Below are positions 58,618 through 64,000 of a stretch of 64,000 bases of DNA, one piece after another. Made by a program: the position numbers and the translations under genes. Each line of letters opens with the position of its first letter. The stretch's first letter is position 1. The stretch comes from Candidatus Kapaibacterium sp. (GTDB taxonomy: Bacteria; Bacteroidota; Ignavibacteria; Kapaibacteriales; UBA2268), in contig CALBDO010000001.1 in the NCBI GenBank assembly GCA_937927515.1, positions 21,773 through 85,772 of the forward strand. Direction: 5' to 3'. Below the pieces are notes generated by a model. It did no database searches and was not told where the DNA came from. It saw only the letters and a program-made list of their open reading frames with translations.

Positions 58618-59169
58618 ATGAAAATGAACACTGAATACTACGAAAAACAAAAAATCAACAACTTAATAACGGGACTAATAATATTCTTTGCAGGAGTGTT
58701 GCCGCTTGGTTCAATTCTTTACTCATATTACCTTCTTTTCGTAAGACAAACCAACACTATTTCGTCTAAAAGCCAAGAAACTCTCACATTATCATCTGTA
58801 GTTGTATTGTTGTTGTCAATATTTATTATATATTTATTTCTGTCTTTGAAATTAGAAATTAAAGTAAACAATAATGGTATATATTTTAGATTCTTCCCAT
58901 TCCACAAAAAGTTTCGACTTATACCATTTACTGATATCAAAAATTTTAGAATTAGAAGATTTAGACCTATACTTGAATACGGTGGTTGGGGTATAAGGTA
59001 TAGCATAAAAAGGAATGGAGTTGGATATACTATCTCTGGCAAGTACGGCTTGCAATTGGAATTACATTCTAACAAGAGGCTTCTCATTGGAGTAAAATAT
59101 CCAGAAGCAATCTTGAATGCTATGAATTTGTTTATTCCAGAAAAACATATTTTAAACCAAAATGAGTGA
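58618..59169 (+). CDS. Small membrane protein, two transmembrane helices followed by a bacterial-PH-like domain (weak call).
   Basis: The start is taken at the MKMNTEYY Met just after the TldD stop (the ORF track begins earlier, at 58552). The two TM helices are LITGLIIFFAGVLPLGSILYSYYLLF and VVVLLLSIFIIYLFLSL. Then comes a ~100-aa basic domain (GIYFRFFPFHKKFRLIPFTDIKNFRIRRF...). Confidence 0.4.
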   Translation: MKMNTEYYEKQKINNLITGLIIFFAGVLPLGSILYSYYLLFVRQTNTISSKSQETLTLSSVVVLLLSIFIIYLFLSLKLEIKVNNNGIYFRFFPFHKKFRLIPFTDIKNFRIRRFRPILEYGGWGIRYSIKRNGVGYTISGKYGLQLELHSNKRLLIGVKYPEAILNAMNLFIPEKHILNQNE

Positions 59170-60938
59170 AACGTATGAAAAAATTACAATGTCTTTTTGT
59201 TATAATTTTTACTATTGCTTGTTTCTACAGCACAAGTGCAATTAGTCATTTCGAAATACTTCAGGCTTTAAAAACCGAACTAAAACGTTCCATGGATAGT
59301 CTTTACATCGAAAACCTTCCAAAACCTTATTTTATAGAATATTCCTTAAAAGTGTCTGACGTCTACCGAGCAACCTCATTCTTAGGTTCTATTGTGGACT
59401 CGAACACCACCAAAAAAGCTACAATAAACGTAAAACTACGGGTCGGGGATTATCGACTGGACAACACAAACTATCTTGACTTTTCATTTAGTTTTTTCTT
59501 TGGTGGTTTAGAAGAAAGTTCTTCGACACGCTCTGTACCAATCGATTTTGATTATTACTCTCTGCGAAGAGAACTTTGGCTTGCGACTGATTTTGCCTAC
59601 AAAAGTTCGGCTAAAACATATTCAAAAAAAATTGCCACTTTAAAGAACAGAATAATAAAAGATACATTACCAGATTTTGCACTTGCAAAACCTTATAAGT
59701 TTATCGACACTGGATTCACTTCCCCTGCTATAGATTTTTCCAAAATTTGCATAATGATAAAAAACCTATCTGATATATACAGAGATTACCCTCTGATTAA
59801 TAATTCCTTTGTTTCATTTGAATATATCAAAGACGTTGTTTACTACGTGAATAGCGAGGGAAGCGAATATATAAAGCCCAATTTCTTCACTGGATTTGAA
59901 ACCGCCGGCTCGCTGCAAGCTCCCGATGGCATGCCTTTAAATAATTTTTACTCCGTTTACTCCACAACACCAAACAATTTACCATCCTACGATTCATTAC
60001 AAAGAGCTGTTAAATCAATTTGCAAAAACTTGACCGAGCTACGCAACTCCAATACTTTAGAAGATTCATACTCTGGTCCAATTCTATTCACTGAACAAGC
60101 TGCAGGTGAAATCTTTGCACAAGTTTTTCTTCCTAATCTTGTTGCTCAACGCCCACTATTAAGCGAACAAGGTACACAACAGCTTTCCCGTTATAATGCA
60201 TTTCAAACAAAAATCGGTGGAAGAGTATTACCAGATTTTATGTCTGTCCATTCTGTTCCTTTGAAAAGCGAGTTTAACAATATACCGCTTATAGGACATT
60301 TCAAGGTAGATGACGAAGGAACACCAGCTGAGAACTTAACACTTGTAGAAAACGGTTATTTAAAAACATTACTTGCCAATCGTACCCCTACCAAAAGAAT
60401 CCTAAAATCGAATGGCAATGACCGCAATGGTTCGCCAATGTTCAGCAACATAGAAATTGTATCGAATAGTAAATATAGTAAACCATATAGAGAACTAAAA
60501 CAAAAACTTATCCAGCTTTGCAAACAAAGAGAATTGCCCTATGGTATTATTGTAAAAAAAGTTATGAACCAAAACATTTACGCCACAGTCTTTCCACTGA
60601 TTTCCCCAATAGAATTTAAATTCTCCGGTGAACAAAATGTTATAACAGTGGTCGAAGCCTACAAAGTGTATCCAGATGGACATGAAGAACTAATTCGAGG
60701 GGGTGAACTCAAAGGAATTACACCGCAATCATTTAAGGACATAATACTTGTAGGAAATAAAACGTATTTACTCAACCTACTTGCACCAGTAATTTCTTCT
60801 TCCTTTTCATCTGGTGGTTATGTGAGTGCTTCGATTTTAGCTCCTGATTTACTTTTTGAAGATGCGGAAATTCGCCCGATGGATTTCGACTTTCCCAAGC
60901 CACCATATCTTGAAAATCCTTTAATATTGAATGATTAA
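59166..60938 (+). CDS. Secreted PmbA/TldE-like partner subunit (TldD/PmbA family, lacking HExxxH).
   Basis: Signal peptide MKRMKKLQCLFVIIFTIACFYSTSA. The architecture is collinear with the upstream TldD-like protein (...GHFKVDDEGTPAENLTLVENGYLKTLL... parallels ...GFYKYDDEGVKAQKVVCIENGIFKNFI...), but the metal-binding motif is absent. Confidence 0.6.
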   Translation: MKRMKKLQCLFVIIFTIACFYSTSAISHFEILQALKTELKRSMDSLYIENLPKPYFIEYSLKVSDVYRATSFLGSIVDSNTTKKATINVKLRVGDYRLDNTNYLDFSFSFFFGGLEESSSTRSVPIDFDYYSLRRELWLATDFAYKSSAKTYSKKIATLKNRIIKDTLPDFALAKPYKFIDTGFTSPAIDFSKICIMIKNLSDIYRDYPLINNSFVSFEYIKDVVYYVNSEGSEYIKPNFFTGFETAGSLQAPDGMPLNNFYSVYSTTPNNLPSYDSLQRAVKSICKNLTELRNSNTLEDSYSGPILFTEQAAGEIFAQVFLPNLVAQRPLLSEQGTQQLSRYNAFQTKIGGRVLPDFMSVHSVPLKSEFNNIPLIGHFKVDDEGTPAENLTLVENGYLKTLLANRTPTKRILKSNGNDRNGSPMFSNIEIVSNSKYSKPYRELKQKLIQLCKQRELPYGIIVKKVMNQNIYATVFPLISPIEFKFSGEQNVITVVEAYKVYPDGHEELIRGGELKGITPQSFKDIILVGNKTYLLNLLAPVISSSFSSGGYVSASILAPDLLFEDAEIRPMDFDFPKPPYLENPLILND

Positions 60939-62091
60939 ATTTTGTGATAATATGAACTCTAAATCAGAAGACTTTGGGGCTAAAACACTCTCTCTTTTGT
61001 ACAGACATCGTTTTCTTATACTTGCTTTCGTATTCGTTGTAACTTCAGCTTCAATTGTTATTTCATTGCTCCTACCAAACGAGTACACTGCAAAAGTAAA
61101 CGCTGTTCCACCCAAAACAACCACCTCATCAGTGGAATCTTTAATCGGCGGCTTAAGCTCGACTTTAAGGGATATAGGGCTTTCAAAATTGGGAGGTAAA
61201 ACCGATGGAGCTTATTCTTTCTTAGTCATTCTCGATAGTAGAACCGTAAAAGATAGCTTAATAAATAAATACAGATTCGACACAATTTACAACATTCCAA
61301 AATCAAAAATGACAAAACTACGCAAGAAGTTTGAAGAAAATTTGGAAATCACCCTTGAACCAGAAGGCAATTACGTAATCTACTTTACAGATAAAAACCC
61401 AATTCGGGCTGCAAACGTCGCAAACGACTATGTCGCAATCTCCAACTCTGTTGCTCAAAAAATCGTCCAAACAGAAGCTGCATACAACAGGGAGTATCTT
61501 GAAAAAAGAATTTCAAGCATTGATACGTTAATAACTGTATATTTAGATTCACTTCAAAAATTTTCACAAAAAAACCTAATCTTCTCCCCCGACGAGCAAG
61601 TAAAAGCAATCAGTTCAAGTTACATTGATTTAAAAGCAAACAAAATTTCACAAGAAATTCTTTATGAACTTTATAAAACAAGATACGGAGAAAACGACCC
61701 AGTAACTTTTTCTCAAAAAAACATACTTGATAATCTTAGTCGAAAACTTAAGGAATTTGAGGACAAGCCGGGTTTTGTGGGGAATTTTCCACTCAAATCC
61801 CTTACAAAAGTTGGGGGTGAATTCCTTCGTCTTTATGCAGAATTAGAAACATTTACGAAAGTAAAATCTTTTCTTCTACCCTATCTCGAAGAAAATCGAT
61901 TAAATGAACATCGACAATTACAATACTTAATTATTCTCGACAAAGCAACACCACCAGACCAAAAGTCGAAACCCAAAAGGTCCCTAATTGTTCTTGGTTC
62001 TTTTTTCGGCTCCTTCATTTTGATTGCCTTTCTCTTAATTATTTATGACAATTATTTAAACCTACTAAAAAAATTAAAAAACGTAAGCTAA
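60931..62091 (+). CDS. Wzz/GumC-like polysaccharide chain-length determinant protein.
   Basis: Its topology is an N-terminal TM (FLILAFVFVVTSASIVISLLLP), a ~300-aa periplasmic coiled region and a C-terminal TM (LIVLGSFFGSFILIAFLLIIY). The N-terminal region ...EYTAKVNAVPP... resembles the Wzz N-terminal motif. Confidence 0.6.
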   Translation: MIKFCDNMNSKSEDFGAKTLSLLYRHRFLILAFVFVVTSASIVISLLLPNEYTAKVNAVPPKTTTSSVESLIGGLSSTLRDIGLSKLGGKTDGAYSFLVILDSRTVKDSLINKYRFDTIYNIPKSKMTKLRKKFEENLEITLEPEGNYVIYFTDKNPIRAANVANDYVAISNSVAQKIVQTEAAYNREYLEKRISSIDTLITVYLDSLQKFSQKNLIFSPDEQVKAISSSYIDLKANKISQEILYELYKTRYGENDPVTFSQKNILDNLSRKLKEFEDKPGFVGNFPLKSLTKVGGEFLRLYAELETFTKVKSFLLPYLEENRLNEHRQLQYLIILDKATPPDQKSKPKRSLIVLGSFFGSFILIAFLLIIYDNYLNLLKKLKNVS

Positions 62092-62092
62092 A

Positions 62093-63508
62093 ATGAATGT
62101 GGCTTTCGACCTGAGACAAAAAAAGGTGTTGCTTCTTTTATCAATTGCCTCGCTTGTATTGCTACCTATACTAAACTTCACCATCGACAAGGGATATGCA
62201 ATATATCTCCTAATTTTCGTTATTATTTTACCTATTATCTACATTTTTATCAAAATTCCCAAAACTTGGATTTATACTGTCGTTTTGTCTTTCTCCATAT
62301 TTCTTATCTATAGAGGAGATGACGATAAAGTTGCTTTTCTTGAAATTGCTATTGCAATACTCATTTATCCTGGTTTACTTTTATATTTTTTAAACAAAAT
62401 TCTTTTAGATAGAAAGCAACTATTCCAAAACCTGGGTGATTTATTTCTTATTCTTTTCTTTGTTTTTCTACCTTTGAATGCTATAATTGCGTATCTGAAC
62501 GATGTAGACTTATACCGTTGGCTCCGCGAAATTGCTATACCATCATTAATTTTGTTGTATTTCCCAATAAGGGAATACATTAAAACAGATAAAGACATAA
62601 CTATACTATTATTTTGTGCTCTTGTTGCAGCAATATCTTCTATAATTTACTTAGTTTATCACTACAAAGAAACTATACTAACAACTGCAAATTATGCTTA
62701 CGAACTTGTTTTTGGATTAGGAGCAAAAATAAAAATCAACCATACTATATTTACTGGTGCATACTTTGTATCAATCATTCTTTTCGTAACAAGAAAAAAC
62801 TTAGTCCTAAGAATTATTTTGTTCTTTACTTCCTTTGCCTCCCTTGTAGCATTAATTATAACCGTAAGCCGTACATTTTGGATAGTTACAATAATAGGTA
62901 CAATAATTCTTTTTATATACTATGGTTGGGAAGAACGACTAAAATTCCTCTTCTTCTATTTAGTGATTATAGTTGCCACTCTTAGTTTCATCATTTATAC
63001 TTTTGGAGATAATTACAAAATTGTTACCCGTTTAATCGAATATCGTTTTCTTACAAGTGCTCAAGGTAAAAAAGATAAATCTGTATTGGGAAGACTTGCA
63101 GAGTATCCTATCGTTCTAAAAGGTATCGTTGAAAACCCACTATGGGGTAATGGCTTCGCAAAAAAAATTCGTTTTCGGGACCCTATTTTTGTTCGCACAA
63201 CTACGAGCCATAATATACACAATGGTTTTACATCATTGTTATATAGAGTAGGCATCCCAATGAGTCTTCTTTACATAAGTTTTTTCATTTTTTACTTTCT
63301 CCGAGCAAGTAAGCTCATTTTAATATCAAAAGGGAATTACTTCCAACCTTATGTTCTCTCTGGTTTTATAATTCTCATTATTCTTTTTATTTCGCAATTT
63401 ACTAATCAACAGTTTCTATTTAGAGACTTCAATTTCGGTGCGTTTATCTCAATTGCAATGATTGAGTTTGTTTATCGTAAATATAAAAGTGGTGAAATAT
63501 CAAATTAG
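62093..63508 (+). CDS. O-antigen ligase/polymerase-like (Wzy_C domain) polytopic membrane protein.
   Basis: 471 aa with ~10-12 TM helices. A large periplasmic loop carries ...TVSRTFWIVTIIG... and ...TTSHNIHNGF..., typical of O-antigen ligase family proteins. It lies adjacent to the Wzz-like gene. Confidence 0.6.
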   Translation: MNVAFDLRQKKVLLLLSIASLVLLPILNFTIDKGYAIYLLIFVIILPIIYIFIKIPKTWIYTVVLSFSIFLIYRGDDDKVAFLEIAIAILIYPGLLLYFLNKILLDRKQLFQNLGDLFLILFFVFLPLNAIIAYLNDVDLYRWLREIAIPSLILLYFPIREYIKTDKDITILLFCALVAAISSIIYLVYHYKETILTTANYAYELVFGLGAKIKINHTIFTGAYFVSIILFVTRKNLVLRIILFFTSFASLVALIITVSRTFWIVTIIGTIILFIYYGWEERLKFLFFYLVIIVATLSFIIYTFGDNYKIVTRLIEYRFLTSAQGKKDKSVLGRLAEYPIVLKGIVENPLWGNGFAKKIRFRDPIFVRTTTSHNIHNGFTSLLYRVGIPMSLLYISFFIFYFLRASKLILISKGNYFQPYVLSGFIILIILFISQFTNQQFLFRDFNFGAFISIAMIEFVYRKYKSGEISN

Positions 63509-63510
63509 TT

Positions 63511-64000
63511 ATGGATTATCTCTACCTCGGAACAATTGTTGGACTAAAAGGCTTAGATGGGACACTAAAAGTAGACAGTGGCGATTCCCTGTATATCAAT
63601 CCCGGAGCCAAAGTTAAAATCGGATACTCATTAAAATTCTCCCAAGAATTTACAGTTGCTGAGTATAAAGAAACCTTGTCGAAATATAATTATCTAAAAT
63701 TATTAGAAGCAAATAATATCGAAAAAGCAAAAAAACTAATTGAAAAAGGAATATTCGCGAGAGAGTGCGATGTCTTACAAGACAGTCCCGAGGATAAATT
63801 TGAAAGTACAATCAATTATAAAGTTGTAGACATTTATACTGGTAAGGTTATTGGCAAAGCAATAGATATAATACCAAATCCTGGGAACAATTTGCTGGTT
63901 ATTGCATCTAAAAACGGCGAATTTTTCATCCCTTTCGTTGATGTTTTCATAAAAGAAATTGAACATTCTTCTAAAACAATTTATATTGAACAAATAGATG
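63511..64000 (+). CDS. rimM: 16S rRNA processing protein RimM, N-terminal ~163 aa. The gene runs off the right edge.
   Basis: MDYLYLGTIVGLKGLDGTLKVDSGDS... is the RimM N-terminal barrel. ...VVDIYTGKVIGKAIDIIPNPGNNLLVIASKNGEFFIPFVDVFIKEIE matches the PRC-barrel C-terminal domain. Confidence 0.75.
   Translation, partial: MDYLYLGTIVGLKGLDGTLKVDSGDSLYINPGAKVKIGYSLKFSQEFTVAEYKETLSKYNYLKLLEANNIEKAKKLIEKGIFARECDVLQDSPEDKFESTINYKVVDIYTGKVIGKAIDIIPNPGNNLLVIASKNGEFFIPFVDVFIKEIEHSSKTIYIEQID

Noticed and set aside
1-64000. Mobile elements, integrases, restriction-modification, toxin-antitoxin or CRISPR-Cas
   Set aside because: No transposase or integrase motifs, no repeat-spacer arrays and no defence-type gene content were seen. 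GC and codon usage look uniform across the window.

Overview
This is a low-GC (~33%), gene-dense chromosomal segment of about 50 genes with no obvious mobile elements, CRISPR arrays, rRNA or tRNA genes. Its gene content points to a member of the FCB group (Bacteroidota or Ignavibacteriota-like). It carries a SusC/SusD outer-membrane importer pair, three secreted proteins with T9SS (Por) C-terminal sorting domains, BamD, and LPS genes (lpxB, waaA, a Wzz-like regulator and a Wzy/O-antigen-ligase-like protein). Shine-Dalgarno-like GGAG/AGGA motifs sit upstream of several starts. Most of the window is housekeeping: rho (N-terminal fragment at the left edge), purN, ppdK, mutS, ackA-pta, prmA, queG, ppk1 and a Ppx/GppA phosphatase, uvrA, panD, gpmA and rimM (fragment at the right edge). 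Three things stand out. First, peptidases are very dense: a T9SS M1 aminopeptidase, a T9SS S8 subtilase, an S9 peptidase, an M16 peptidase, a tandem retropepsin-like aspartyl protease, a secreted TldD/PmbA pair and an isoaspartyl peptidase. Several of them flank the SusCD pair, which suggests a RagAB-like peptide-uptake locus rather than a polysaccharide-utilisation locus. Second, a roughly 10 kb string of overlapping or tightly packed co-directional minus-strand genes (ppk1-lpxB-thioredoxin-like-MBL-Rieske-queG-DUF255 thioredoxin-ppx, 31946..41865) contains a small Rieske ferredoxin whose stop overlaps the queG start. Third, a three-gene minus-strand operon encodes an extremely acidic signal-peptide protein, a domain-less 240-aa protein and an MscS-family channel. 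I see no defence island, toxin-antitoxin pair or integrative element.
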